A stretch of DNA of 64,000 nt from Chrysomallon squamiferum. Taxonomy: Eukaryota; Animalia; Mollusca. This document shows positions 41,385 to 55,527 of the stretch, piece by piece; the first letter of the stretch is position 1; each line of letters starts with the position of its first letter. The stretch spans positions 36,828,001 through 36,892,000 of the forward strand of contig CM022670.1 of the NCBI GenBank assembly GCA_012295275.1, read 5' to 3'. The notes under the pieces were generated by a model, which saw only the letters and a program-made list of their open reading frames with translations, had not been told where the DNA came from and did no database searches. Made by a program: the position numbers and the translations under genes.

Positions 41385-44300
41385 GCTTTTTAACATTATT
41401 TTTTAAAACCTTTTCGTATTTCTTCTAGGGTGGAAAACATATTGATCGTTCGGTTTTTCTTTCAGCAAAATACTTCGTTTTGGTCAAGTGTTTTAACAAA
41501 AATTTGTCACATGAGAAATTCCAATTCTTCTGACATGCCAGAGCTGATTACACGAGAATTGTATCCTCGGGGACATTTAGAAAGACAGACTGGTAATTTT
41601 TCTTCATTTCTTGACCGTAATTATTTGTCTCTTGGAAAAACATATACACTCTCACAGACTTGACTGACTTTCCTTGTGTGTTCAGTTCCTAATGAAAAGA
41701 ATAATTGAGATATATAATTGTACGCGACGTTACTTTAACGCTGAAAAAAATACCTCATTTTCTGCTTAAGAAACATATACTGCAAAATGAAAAGAAAAAA
41801 AAAAAAAAAAAAAAAAAAAATTATTATGTTTTTTTTTTTTTTTGTTGATGCCATCACTAACAATTTTTCGTCTTCAGTTATGTACATTACGTACTTCAGA
41901 CTTAATATTCTCGTTAAGGAAATATATTTTACACGGAAACCAGTAGCTAATCATATTAACTGAACTTCGTCAGGAAACACTGGCTATATATGTATTTGCC
42001 ATGTCCTTAATTGAAACTATGTTTAGTAGTGCAGTGGTGCATAAATTTGTGTAAACGTGTAACTGAATGACGCCATGGCTCTGCGAAACATATTACTTAT
42101 GTCACATTGTGAGTAAAATAAATATTGTTTTACCGCCGTTTTGGTTAACTAAACACACTGGTCATGCGAGTGAGTAATTTATTTCATTTACCTCGTACTT
42201 ACTTGCAAGCAGAGTGGAGATAAAGTAATATATTTTATTACATGCATGTACAAACAGAAGAACAGACATCCCGACACAAAAAGGTTAAAAAAAAATAAAC
42301 ATATAATATGACGAAGGAGACGAAGAAAAAGTCGTCCGCTATCATTTATAACAAAAGTAAAAAGAAGAAGAAGAAAAGAGGAAGCGAGAAGGAACATACA
42401 AATAAGAGAAGTTAAAAAAAAAAAATAAAAGAAAGAAAGAAAAGACTGAAAAGTTGTTTTATTGTTGGCTTATTTCTGTGCCTATAACTGGTATTCTTCA
42501 ATAAAAGTTCTTGTGGTGTATTTTCCATTATAGCAAATAAACGAGACTGAAAAAAAAAATATATATATTAATAAACAAAATGTGTTTTATTAGCATGAAA
42601 AATACGTGTTTTTCACACCGACTTCATCATTAGTCGATGGTCTGACTAAAGAGTTTGCATTGGAGAAACTAATCTTCGAGTGTCTGGTTTCCGAACGATC
42701 ACCGCTGGTGAAAAGGTTTTTCTCGTGAAAGAGTGTAAAGAATACAATGAATTATTCCCAGTGGTCTGTTTGTGTTTACTCAGGTATTTCATGCCTGGTG
42801 AGACGTACACGAGGTATGCGCCATACATACGTGGATACGCATATTGCTTAACAGATGGATGCTACGAGACAAGGGTGGGGCACGAAAACTGACGCTTTTC
42901 AGTTAGCTTCCAGGCACGAGCCACTGATTTGAAATAAAAGCAAGAGCAATCGTTTACAGACCCGTCCTTACGCGCTCAGAACTAAATACTATTAAGTGTC
43001 GTGTATTTGTTATTTGATTCGTAAGCTACAGCTCGTGTTTTCTTAATATGCTGATATGTACCACTTCACTGCATCAAGTGAGTACTAAAGATAAAATTAA
43101 TATCTTGCAAAATTTCAGTTAGTAATTTTTAACAGAAAATGCTGTATCAGTATTCTCGACCAAAAACTACAGCATTGTTATTCATTTACATTATAGACTT
43201 GGATGACTTCTGTATGTAAAAAAAAAAATATCACTAAAAATAAAGTTTAACGAAATAAAATAAAAAGCAGTGGCAGTCTATGCTTTATTTATTTTTTTTT
43301 TTGACAAATGAGAACGCAAATAGAAAAGAGCTTGTTGGATATCAATATATTAATTATAATCTGAAATATGTTCTGCTTCCTGTTTTCATTTACGCGGGAA
43401 AAGTTGTTTTCCAGCAAGCAGGAAGATATATGATTTCTGTGGAGGAAATGATGTTTTTTTAACTTCATTGAATATAAAGCTCGCTAAAGCTTCGATTATG
43501 ATATAATTAAAAAAAGAAGTGTAGCATACCACTGAATATAACTGTTTAAGCGAAATGTTATTTAATATAAAACAGATTTCTTTCTTTGTAGTCGAGTTGA
43601 AATCTGAATGGGGAAAGCAACTGAAAGTGGAAAGCAAGGAATAAATAACATAATTTTGTTTTTTTTATTTTTCAGTTTCGTTAAGGCATTTGTACCGTCT
43701 TATTTAAATGGAAAATTATTTATTTTGCATGGTAAAACAACAAAAAAAAAAAAAAAAAGAACCACGCACACATGAGTAGTAAGAAATAACTTATATAATA
43801 TTAACTAAATTAGTCATAAAATAGTTTCACTGATTAGATAAAAAAAAAAAAATATTTTTAATTTTTTTTTTTTATTGTTTTGTATTTTTGAAAAAACGTA
43901 CTAGTAATTCCATTCTCAAATTTTAACTCTAAACTGAAAACAAAACTGAAACCATAAGCGAATCATGGACATATTGACAAAAAAAACTGGCCATAATTCT
44001 CTGTAGTCACAACATTCAACACGGGATGATGAGTTGGTTTAAATGAAAAAAATATCGATGCGTCTCTTCTTCCAAGATTTGCGTAAGGCCGCACCGAGAA
44101 GCTGGCAGACACCTTATCCTCACTAAGTTTATTAAATATTAAATTTACTTTTCACTGCCTGTGTCGTCCTGAGTCTAGACTAAACGTTTTATGAGTGCGA
44201 GCCGTGACAAAGCAGAGAAACTTTAATTAGCGCATCTCTGTAATTATTATACGCTGCGTGCAACGGGAAGCAAAAAAGAATCCACCACGCTAAAGCATAA

Positions 44301-45344
44301 ACTTGTCGTGTATGTCAGACAGATAGATGTCCGGACAAAACATGCATTACCACTGGCGCACACTAGGTGATCAGAAACTGGACGAGCGTTTGAACGTGTG
44401 TCGCCAGTTTCCTGCTCGTTGAGGAACGAGGAAGGCCAGACTGTTCGACAAAACATCCGCTTTCTCCAGCCAGCGGAGTGTTGAAGTGAGGTCAAAGCCC
44501 GTCCTTTCTGCTCAGGCCGTGGGACGTGATGATGACCGCACAAAAGAAACAATTGGTCGCCGCAATGATGGGGTCGATGCAGCGAAACCAAAAATAAAGT
44601 TGCAGTGGTCACTCTGCAGCGGTCGTTCTGTCACGCGCCACGGTGAATCTGCCATCTTGACCGCCATTGTTCGAATCTGACCATTAGAGACTGACACCCA
44701 TTTCTTTTTCTTTTTTTTCAGCGTGCGTACGACTTTGCCGTAAACAAGAATGCTTGTCGTCAACGAAAAGTAACTGTGCGCCAGTTTTTATTGATTTACG
44801 ACAATGTAATGATTGACATCCGTATCAGGGGCAGGTTTTATTATAGGCCGTTTCAGCCATAAGCGTTTAGTACCTTCAAAATGCAGGAGGGAGGGGTTCT
44901 GGTTGTTTTGTTTTTATTTGATTTTTTTGACCGTTGGTCACTTTTAGAAGAGAATAAACACATCTAAATCAAATCACATTTTTAAACAGAGGAGAAATAT
45001 CTCACATATTACACAAAGAAGACACTAAGACAAGTGAGTCAGATGATATCCATTTTGTCATTTTGTGAAGCCATGGTGTAAGTCTAGTTGTATAATAAAT
45101 AAATAAATAAATAAATAAATAGGCTTTGTATTTATTTATTTATTTATTTTTAAATGAATATTTGGTAGGTGTTTTATAATTTATGTAAAGACAATTAATA
45201 ATAATATGTAGACGGAAAACATCAGATATAAATTTTGATTTCTTGATGTTTCTTTAATTCCAGTGGCGAGTCTACATTATAGATATCCCATTTGATAATA
45301 CCTTGTAATCCGGGCACTTTATCAGCTAATTTCAATTTTTTAAA

Positions 45345-45401
<57 letters not shown>

Positions 45402-46679
45402 GGCTCCATTCGCATGAGAGAAAAAAAATTATATATATATATATATATATACGTTTGTTTAGTTGAATCTTAAAGGTTAAACCAAATGGTACTTCCACAT
45501 AAAATAAAGGTAATCGTTTATATATATATAACCTTTAAAAACATTGTTTAATGGATATAATAATTATAAGGATAGGTATAAATGACTTTTTTACTGTGAA
45601 AAATCCAGTTTTAGTTTAATAATAATAATAATAATAATAAGTAATAATAAGAATTTCTGTTTACTCAAATTACGAATTGTACCGTGTTATATTTTATTAA
45701 TTTTCCACTATTTCTACTACTATTATTACTATTACAACTACTACCATTACAACTATTGCTACTGCTTGTGCTGCAGCTATTTTTTTTGCTGTTACTACCA
45801 CTGCTATTTCAATTACTACTCTCACTACCACTTTTTTCTACAACAACTGCTACTACGAACACTTCAGCAAGCATTCGCAAAAGGCAGCTCCAAATCTGTA
45901 GTAGCAAATTGTCCACCACACCTACAAAGATGAAGTAATCGAGGATAGTACAGTTCGGAGGAAGATGTCATCATTCTGAACAGTAACTTCCTTCCCAACT
46001 CATCCACGTCGCATACCACTGACATCATTCACGCCGAGATTAACTGTCCATTCATGTATGACCTGTCACACACAGAGCCAAGTCAAACATTTAGGTTATA
46101 ATAATTAGCAACGTGCAGAGTGATGAAGGATTGGCAAGCGAACTGTTTTGTTTATTTGAATGTTGGACTCTTTTTCTTCTTTTTATAAGGATAAACGTAA
46201 ACAACGATAATAATAGTAGTAGTAGCAATAGTGAAATTATTTTTGACGAATAATATAAAATATACATGTTTAGTATTTTTATTTACTAAACCAATAATTA
46301 TTATTAGTTATAAAAAAAAAAAAAAAGTAAAAATAACCAGTAGTAAGGAGGTTTATGAGTAGCAATGGAAGTAGTAGTAGCAGTAATGAATTTTTTGTTT
46401 AAGGAGAATATTTTTATGTCATGCTTGTGAATGTATTAATATTTATTTTCAATCTTTTAACGCTTAATTATGCTCAAAATTACATTGTCTTGAAGATCAG
46501 TTCCTGGTGTCACATTTTACGATTAACGCAAGCCCGTATATTGAAGTCCTACAATTTCAAAAGTCGAGTCGTTAACATCCCGACAATTTGTTTATCTTTG
46601 TTTACGTAACAGGTAATGGCAGTTATTTCTGCACTGTTTTAATGGCCTCTTGACTTCGATGTACTCATAGGAATATCGA

Positions 46680-47566
46680 CTTGAACCGCTCAACAACATA
46701 CAATAAAATTGCCGGAAGCATACCTGACGTAATACGTACACACACGCACCACACACTCACTCAAAATAATTGTCACCCCTGTGTTTTTCTCTTCCTGTTT
46801 GAAATCTCGAGCTACGAGGTCTTAGCCCTTTCGAGCAGCCGACATTTAGGATGATATAGCCCTGGGCCAGGAGTTCTTTTGTGTGGACTTTGCCGCCATA
46901 AAAGCACAGCACAATAAGTAAACTGTATGCAACGCTTGCACATAACAAACTTGTTTCCGTTGGTATTTCACTAAATCCGCAAAGGCACAACTAACTGGAA
47001 ATTGGCACGCAATGAAAAAAAAAAAAATTTAAAAAAATGATCAGGACAGCCCTGAGATTGCTTGGGAAATGTGATATAACAAGTGGGGTCAAGTCAACAA
47101 AAAATAAATGACCTGCCACCCCCGTGACTCCGAATAGACTGGTCCAAATCAGTAAGCGTGCCGACCAATATTAGTCCGCTGTACTGTATCGCATTGTACG
47201 GTGTGGGGATGGTATACGAGTCGTGCTATATGTGGTGCGTGGATAACGTGTGCTACGCTGTTGACAACAGTGTCGAACAAATCAAAAACAAGTTGCAGGC
47301 AGCAGCAGTTTACTACAGAAAACTACCAAACATCTTTTAAGTGATTATTATGTTCAGCGGGAAGTGACTTGACGTCGCTCGGCTATGGTGTAGGAACAAC
47401 CATTGTCCCTGATTGTTTAGGGGAAGTGCGATTTCGTGCCAGTTTTACGAAGAAAATCTCGGGCAGTGTTAGATGTGTGTATGACGAATCCGTGGCGGGT
47501 TGTTGTTCTTCTTCACGTCAGGCTGGCCGCCGTCAACCCACCAAAATTGTGCACAAACAGGGTAGC
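46680..47566 (+). promoter_or_regulatory. Putative mam promoter/5' leader (CpG-rich)
   Basis: CpG-rich stretch directly upstream of the ATG. Motifs: ETS-like GCCGGAAG (46711), CRE-like TGACGTAA (46725) and TGACGTC (47370), CCAAT (~47165), GCGGGAAGTG (47357). TSS not determinable. Confidence 0.5.
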
Positions 47567-47821
47567 ATGGGGGATTTCTTATCCCTCAAAAAGCGCGACG
47601 TTGTAGATCGGCTACGCAGACGTATAGAGCGTTATCGCAGACACCAAAACAACTGTATAGGCCGATTTAACAGCGGGATCAATGGTTTATACGATCAGCA
47701 TCGCCAAGACTCGCAGCTTCTGAGACAGAGGTGGATCGAAAGTAGGGCCAAGAAGGCAAAACATTCCAAACCGAACAAAGATTCTACTACCCAGGGTGAA
47801 CATCGCAATCTCGTAGTGACG
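47567..47821 (+). CDS. MAML: Mastermind-like protein, coding exon 1 (N-terminal CSL/NICD-binding helix)
   Basis: MGDFLSLKKRDVVDRLRRRIERYRRHQNNC...LRQRWIESRAKK matches the Mastermind N-terminal basic domain. AGCATGG Kozak context; ACG|gtaagt donor in phase 0. Confidence 0.93.
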
Positions 47822-50007
47822 GTAAGTTCCATTGTTGTTAGTTTGAATGTGTTTTGTGTGTGTTTAGCTGGAGGGCAGTGATTTCGGATTAGAAGTAATG
47901 TCTCTCGTAAAGTCGGCTTGCCCTGTAGTAGGGGTAGTCGGTGGGAAGTTTCGCCGCGACACATTGTTTGGTGTGTTATCCCACAGACGCCCGTGGACTA
48001 ACCTCGTTATCTAATAGAGATGGTAACAAGTTCACACCGTTTGCCTTGATTATCATCTATTATCCAATTTGTATCCGTGCCGAGATTTCGAGACTTGAGA
48101 GTGAGCGTCCCTTGAAAAAAGTTTTTCTTTTAATATTACTGGGTTCACCAGGTACAGTCTTTGTTATTTAGGTTTGTAACAAACTTGTATTAATAGCTTG
48201 AACTTGAATTTAAATGACGTAAATAATGTTGATGTTTGATGTTACAGTGTGTTACAAATGCTATTGTTTATGTCTGTCAAATTACGTAATATTGATTAAT
48301 ATTATAAAACGTTTGAGATAAATATTTAAAATTAACTATTTTGAAACATACGTTAAAAACATCACAGTCATAAAATTTTATATAGCAGAAATATATATTT
48401 GAAAATAACTTAAATAATCATTATGAAATTCTTTCCAAAATTGTAACATAAATAAATAAATAAATAAATAAATAAATCCCAAAAGAATACTGAATAATAT
48501 TAAAAATTCATTTACATGTATATAAAAGCTTGTAAATATTTTAAACATTTACAGAACTTCATAAATATTTTAATGTATGTTTATTTTACACTGTTACAGT
48601 AATAATAATAACAATTCTGTAGGCCTACAATGGGGAGTGTACTGAAATGACAGGATTTATCGATTCATCCTCATATAAATTGTAAATATATTTGAAATTA
48701 GTTAAAACAAAAACCCAAAACCTCAATATTTTTGTTGTAGTAAAATGACTGACAATTTATTTAAATGCTTAGGATGCTGTGACTAAATAACATAAAGAAT
48801 ATAAACCGATAATGTTTTACAGAAAGATGACTTATGTTCATGTATTTCATAATTTATAAGTAACTATCTCTGTTTTCTGTTATATTTGTATATATTTAAA
48901 TAACATCTTTATATAAGTATGATAAAGACTTTAGCGAAAATCTCTAACATACAAAGTTTGAACTAGTCTGCTACTAAAAACATTTTTCGAGTGACAATAT
49001 GATATTAAAATATTTGAAAACAAACATTTTTCTACAGTAACACTCATAGATGACTCTGTTGCACAGCATGTATAAATTACAGTAATTATCACCCCAAAAC
49101 ATGAAAATGTTTTACAAATCAGTAAATAAATTTAATTTGGTTAATGTATATGTTGTATATGTTAGTGCCATTAATTATATGAGGAAATTATAACTGAATG
49201 GATGGGACATTTGAACTAAAATTTAGCTAAGTGCTTTTTTGGGGAAACAGAATAACAGTAGTCAATGTTTGTTACTATGTTAGGTCTGCAGTTTTGTATG
49301 TTTCATGAAGTAACATGAGAAATTATTTTGAGTGAATGTTTATTTAAAATTTATAAAATGATCAACACATTTTCTGTGCTCTGTGACAGCCAGCACTGTA
49401 CATTCATTTCACAAATAATTTACATCTCTTTTAAAATACTGTAAGCATTTTACACTAATTTGAATTTTACTATTCTCTTCTTACCCTGATTTTGAAAACT
49501 AAAAGAATGTGCAACAAGCGTTTGTTGAAAAAGAGAGAGAGAGAGAAATACACAAACACAACATACATCAAAATACATAAAAAATTTTTAAATGTTTTTT
49601 TAATTTGTGAATTTTAACTTTATACTGCAGTAAAAAAGATAATAACATATTACATATTATCATTTGAAAAAAGAATTCAAACCTGTTATGAATACTGAGA
49701 ATTATCCTTAATAACAATTATCTGTAATTATTGTACAATCAGTCAGAAAAATCTATTTATGAATCTTCACTGTAATGTGATATAGAATATCTTGTCACGT
49801 TAGTTTAATTATTGCCGAAAGAAGGTGAGAAATTTTATTCTTAAAATTTAACATTTATTTAATCCAGTGTGAATTCACTGACCCATTTCATTTATCTCTA
49901 ATGTGACATTCTTTTGCAGCTGTTAAAATATGAATCCAGAATATTGTATATTACAGAGCATACACTGTGTTCTTTAATAAAATAGATATAATATAATTAA
50001 AAAATAC

Positions 50008-50360
50008 ATATGATACATAATATAGCATAAGACATGGTTATATGGTATATAATATATGAGATACCAAAGTGTTTGATAAAATACCATTCAAATATGGTAT
50101 AAAATATATGACATATCATGGTCTGTCATAAACTCCAAATGGTATATAATATAACACATACCATGTTCTCTGACAAAATACACATGGCATGAAATATATC
50201 AGTATTATACCATGTTCTTTGATAAAAAAAAAATATGGTATATACTAGTATTCACCATGGTCTTTGATAAAATACATATGGTATATCAGTATATAATCTG
50301 GTCTGTGCAACTATATATATTCTATATGACATAGTACATGCAGTGGTCTTTCTTAAAATA
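50008..50360. repeat. Degenerate ~45-50 bp minisatellite
   Basis: Recurring unit ataccatggtctttgataaaatacatatggtatataatata, about 6 diverged copies. Confidence 0.7.
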
Positions 50361-53175
50361 AACTGTTAAACTTTATTAACAGTTCATTGACTTTCTTTTA
50401 GCAACTTTAACAAACAGTAATCATAATAATATAAAAAGAAACTGGCTGCGCACATTGTATCATAAAATTATGGGTGTGTATTTTCTTTTTGCATGTCTGT
50501 GTGCATTTGTGTGGCGATTTAAAAGCATACACTATAGCTTTTCTTAAAGCACATACCACAATGTCATTCACTCCCTTGTACAGCACAGTGCTTGGTATTT
50601 TAATATGTAAATTATAACGGTCTATGATTTATCACAAATCATGATCTCACTCACTGCTAAAGACAGCACCACCTGTTATTTTTCATACGGCAAATGATAT
50701 GATATGTAATATAGTATTTGACTGTTCTTTGATTATATTTCATACCAAACTGTTTTGTATTATTATCAAAATACAAATAATGTACACATGAAGCATGTAA
50801 TATGCTCTGTCATTGCCCATATAATGATCCTGGATAAAAACAAAAATTAATACATAATGCTTTGTAAAGAACATACTATGGTATTTAATAAAGCATTGAA
50901 AATAAGCAGACATCTCTTTACTTCAAATCACTAATACTGAAGAACTGTTGACAAAGTTGCCCCACTGATACAAAATGTCTGATGTATGACCCACTTAGTA
51001 TTTATTAGGGGCTGCACCTTGGTGGGCTGCAGGGAGGTGTCACCTCTGAGGACCCCTGGGGTTAAATCCTGCTAATCCTTATAAACAGTTAATCAAAAGA
51101 TAGTGTGCTTGTGGAAAGACTTGTTTATATAAGATTAACTAATGCTGTTTATTGACATGATGTTGCAACAGCAAGTTTTGTTCTTGATGCCATCACCATA
51201 TAGATATTCTATTGTTATATAGTTAATAAACTTCAGACAAATGTGTTGTTAACTTTCAGAGATTTAGTATTTGCTGCTATTGTTGAATGTGAAGTTATGT
51301 TTCCACAGAAATAATTTAATGATGATGATAATAATAATAATAATATTTTTAACTTAAACTTTTGTAACAGTTACCTAATAGCTCTATATTTCATTCTTAA
51401 ATTTCTTTTAACCCATCCTTTACAGATTATTCTATTTTCAGCATTAAAAGGAGCCGTTAAAATAATTGTTAATTACTTTTGGCTTTCAAATCATTTTTTA
51501 GCATTATATGTTTCCTGTTATTTAATAATAACTTTTCATTACACAGTTTCAAATTATTTCTAAATGATTATCGATAAGTAAGTAAGTAACTAAGTAAGTA
51601 AATAAATAAGTAAGTAAGTAAGCAAGCAAGCAAGCAAAGCAAGCAAGTAAGCAAGTAAAACAGTACTTAAGTAAATAAATAAATAAATATTAATGAATGA
51701 ACAAACAAAATGGCGCCTTTGAACTACACTGCATCCCACTGAATTAGATAGTAAGTTGTGATCAGACTGTGGGGGGAGGTAACTGGGTCGTTGATGCAAA
51801 ACAACGCGGTATCAGCTTTCATTGACGATTCTGGTCGACCAGTCTGTAGTATTTGGATTTCACTGTATTGGTGGTCGCTTGATTCGCAAAGCATTTTTAA
51901 AAAAAAAAAATGAAAAAGAGAAACGATTTTCTGCAAAAGATACATTTTAGAACGTGTATGTTGCATTTACTTAACTTCTGGCTCTGTTAGTGGATGTTTT
52001 AGCATGTAATAAACGATTTCGTCTGAAAAGTACCGCAACCTGAGCTATTAGAAGCTGGTGAGCGTCGAACCCAGGTCTCACGATCCGTTTACAAAACGCC
52101 ACTTGCCAGTGCTCGGTTTCAGCGTCAGTTCTGTACTATACGGTTTGATTACGATCGATGATACGTTTTTCAGTCTTTACATCCAGATGATGTGCGTTCT
52201 CGTGGGAACACACGCAAGGAATCTGGTTTAAAATATCAGAAAACAGATGATGATAAAAAAAAATAAAAATAAAAATAGGTCGTTTATACATTATACTCAC
52301 GTTCGTAAACTCTGGTAGTTACCATTGTGGAAACGTTAATACTCTAGGCAGGAACCAGACAGCTTATAAACTACAGCACGGGCGCATGTTTTACCTAACA
52401 CGCACACGCACACAGACACGCACACGCATACACACACATACACACAAACACACAGACACTGTCTTGTAATGCAGACGTCCTTTAAAAATGACATGACTTT
52501 GGTATCTGACACGTTTACATGTACATTGATACCCGTAGTCATTTATTTTGAGCATTTTAAACTGTAATAACATCACAGTGGATTATTTCATTAGTAAAGG
52601 TTCATGCTTGTGTACATTTAATAAGAAAGCTTGGGGAAAAAAAATTATTGCTGAAGGAAAGAACGTAATTTGTAACACAGGATGTTTCTGAAAAAGTGTT
52701 TAAAAAAAGAGGGAAAAAAAATCCATTGTTTATAATTAAATATTTGGATTTTTTAAAATCACATAAAGACGGAATAATTAATTAATATTATTTAGTGCGA
52801 ACTCTTTAACCTTTTATTACAGAATTATTATTATTATTATTTTTTTTTTTAATGCTATTCTTCTAATAGGTATCTGAAATAAAATTAACTTTATTTATTT
52901 GTTTTAATTCAGTATCATTTGATTTTTGCATTATTAGTGGTTTTCAAAAGCGAACAAAGAAGCTCTCTCTCTCTCTAAGATGAATTAACTCAGAATTAAT
53001 CGTTTCACTGTTGCCTAGATCAATAATAAACAGCGATGACTTGATTTTTTTAATTTTTATTTTTTTATATCTGTTACAATTATCGAAAAATATTGAAAAA
53101 AACTAATTCTTTTTCAACCTTTGCGCTTGTCATTAAATAATAATTTTATATCAGACAGCTAACTCATCATATTTC

Positions 53176-53213
<38 letters not shown>

Positions 53214-55261
53214 GACAGAGAAACAAAAACAAAATAACATTAAAGCTTATCAATATAAAAGCTTTTCAACATTAATTCTAGAACAGTTAACACTTCATTT
53301 CTCTTTCCCCACCCACACATACACAACCAGTTTTCAGCCCGTGGCGCGTGGATCAAGTTTAATATTTTAATCTGAAATATTGGGTTATATTCGGAAAACA
53401 AAATATATTTTTTTTTTTTAGTGCATTTTGAAGTCCCATTATTTCGGGAATTTTTAATAGCAGGATGTAATAAGATTTTACTCAAAAATTGCTATATATC
53501 AGCAGGCGAAAAAAAAAAAAAAAAAAATTATAAGAAAAGATAGAAAAAGCCGGCATAATGAAAAGCGATTAGGATCTTGATATCTTTCACAGAGGAATAT
53601 AATATATTAAACGGTTTTGTGAAATTTATTTTTAAAAAGTATTTTATAGCCGTTTAATTTTATATCGATCATGGAATAATGGTTATTTGATTACCTACCG
53701 GATCTATAAATCTTTATTTCGTGGGTTTTTTTTTGTTTTTTTTTTTGACTTAGAAATCAGTCTGAGTCGATAACACTTCTTAACTTTTCATTATGCTCAT
53801 CAATGAAATAGATTCCAAAGTCTTGTAACTTGGAAATCATAGTAAATTTTTAAAATATTTTATATCTGTTTATCTAGTTAGGATGACAACGTCAGGTATC
53901 CAGCAATTTTAATTCTTAAAATATTTTACAGTGATTTTCCCACTTCTTAAAAATTTAAAGAAAAATTTAAAAAAAAATGGAAAGTTAGAATATTTAGTCT
54001 TATTTTACGAAACTCTTAAACAACTGAAAAATAATCTTATATACCCTTTTTCAACTTTACATAAACCCATTTTTCAGTATATTAAATTTTTAAAACTACT
54101 TTATAAGTTATTTAACTTTATCTTGAGTTAGTCTTGGTTAGTAATACGACCACGCCGTTGGTGTTGTGGTAACATCAGCGCGGGCGGCTGCTGACGTCGG
54201 AACGCGGAGGCAAACAACAAACTGGGATCTTGGCAAACAAGTCCCGCTAAGTCAACCCGTGCTCACAGGGAAGCGCTGTCCGTCCCAACTGGGTCACTTG
54301 CGTGTTACATTAAGGTGAGACAAAATGTTGTGAGCGGACACCTGAGGAAAACATTTTTGTCTAGTATTTTTAATGACCGAAGAAGTCGTGGATGTCCATC
54401 AGAATTTTTAAAAATTTAATTTAAATTTAAAAAAAAAAAAAAAAAAAACAAATTTAATGTATGTAAGATTTAAATGATCACCATTTTTCATCTCGTTTAA
54501 TATAAAGTCTACAGGTTTTTTTTTTTTTTTTTATTGAATGTTCGTAAAGTTTCAAGTTTAGTAATAATCAATACCATACTTTAGAATAAAAACAACAACA
54601 TCAGTAATAATTAGAATGCTGTGAATGCGAAACTGTCGTCAAGTGGATAATTTTGAAACAAGTTACTACGAGCACCACATTTCAGGAATGATCACATTAA
54701 CTGAAAATACGCAGGAGATGGTAACATTAAAAAAGTGAAATAATAAATTTTTAAAATGTACCAGTATGGTTTGTGTTGACGCGAAGGTGTAAGATAGAGC
54801 TTGTATATATATATATATATATATATGTATAAAAAAAAAAAAATTTTACTGGCAAAGCACGCCTTTTTATTACTTTGTTCGTCTCGCTTTCCTGCTATAT
54901 TAAATTTGATATTTATTTGTAACTGATAACTGGCGAGTTAATTAATTCATTTCTGCAAGCATTTAAAAAAACAAAACAAAAAAAACATAAAAAAATTCGA
55001 AAAGAAAAAAACAGTGACAACAATAACAGAAATTCAGCTCAACTGAAAAACAAAATAAATAACAAAATAAACTAAACAAAAACCTCCCTATCCTTGAACA
55101 AAAAATTATATATATATATATATATATTTTTAATTTTTAGTTATATATCAAACGGTAGCTTGTTTTGAATTGGGACCTTTTATTTCGTTTCGTTTGTTAA
55201 AACTGATAAGAATTTTGGACTGTCGTTTTCTATTCATTAGTTACATCTTCGCCAGCAGGAC

Positions 55262-55372
55262 CCTGTGAAACTGCAGCGGGTTTCCTCTCGTGACGTCATG
55301 TTTTTCAAAAAAAATCATTTGTTTGACACTAAGAAAAGTTAATGTGAAAATATGTTGAGCTGTTGTTAAATA
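55262..55372 (+). mobile_element. Possible SINE 3' fragment
   Basis: gcagcgggtttcctctc...tgtttgacac...aaaatatgttgagctgttgttaaata resembles a molluscan SINE core and tail (recollection, unverified). Confidence 0.4.
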
Positions 55373-55481
55373 TTCTTCATAAAGGAAAAAGAAATCTCTA
55401 CGTTTATTTAACAATAGTTCTGATTACTTTAAAGTTTACTGGAATAATAATAGCAATAATAATAACAACAACAACAACAAC

Positions 55482-55527
<46 letters not shown>

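Noticed and set aside
47369-47566. TTG start of the 170-aa ORF, and likewise the GTG start at 59688
   Set aside because: Prokaryote-style starts from the ORF finder. Mastermind similarity begins at ATG 47567, and exon 2 begins at the 59538 acceptor.
52055-52115. tRNA-like A box (TGGCAAGTGG) and B box (GGTTCGAC) on the minus strand
   Set aside because: I could not build acceptor and anticodon stems. At most a decayed SINE head; tRNAscan-SE would settle it.
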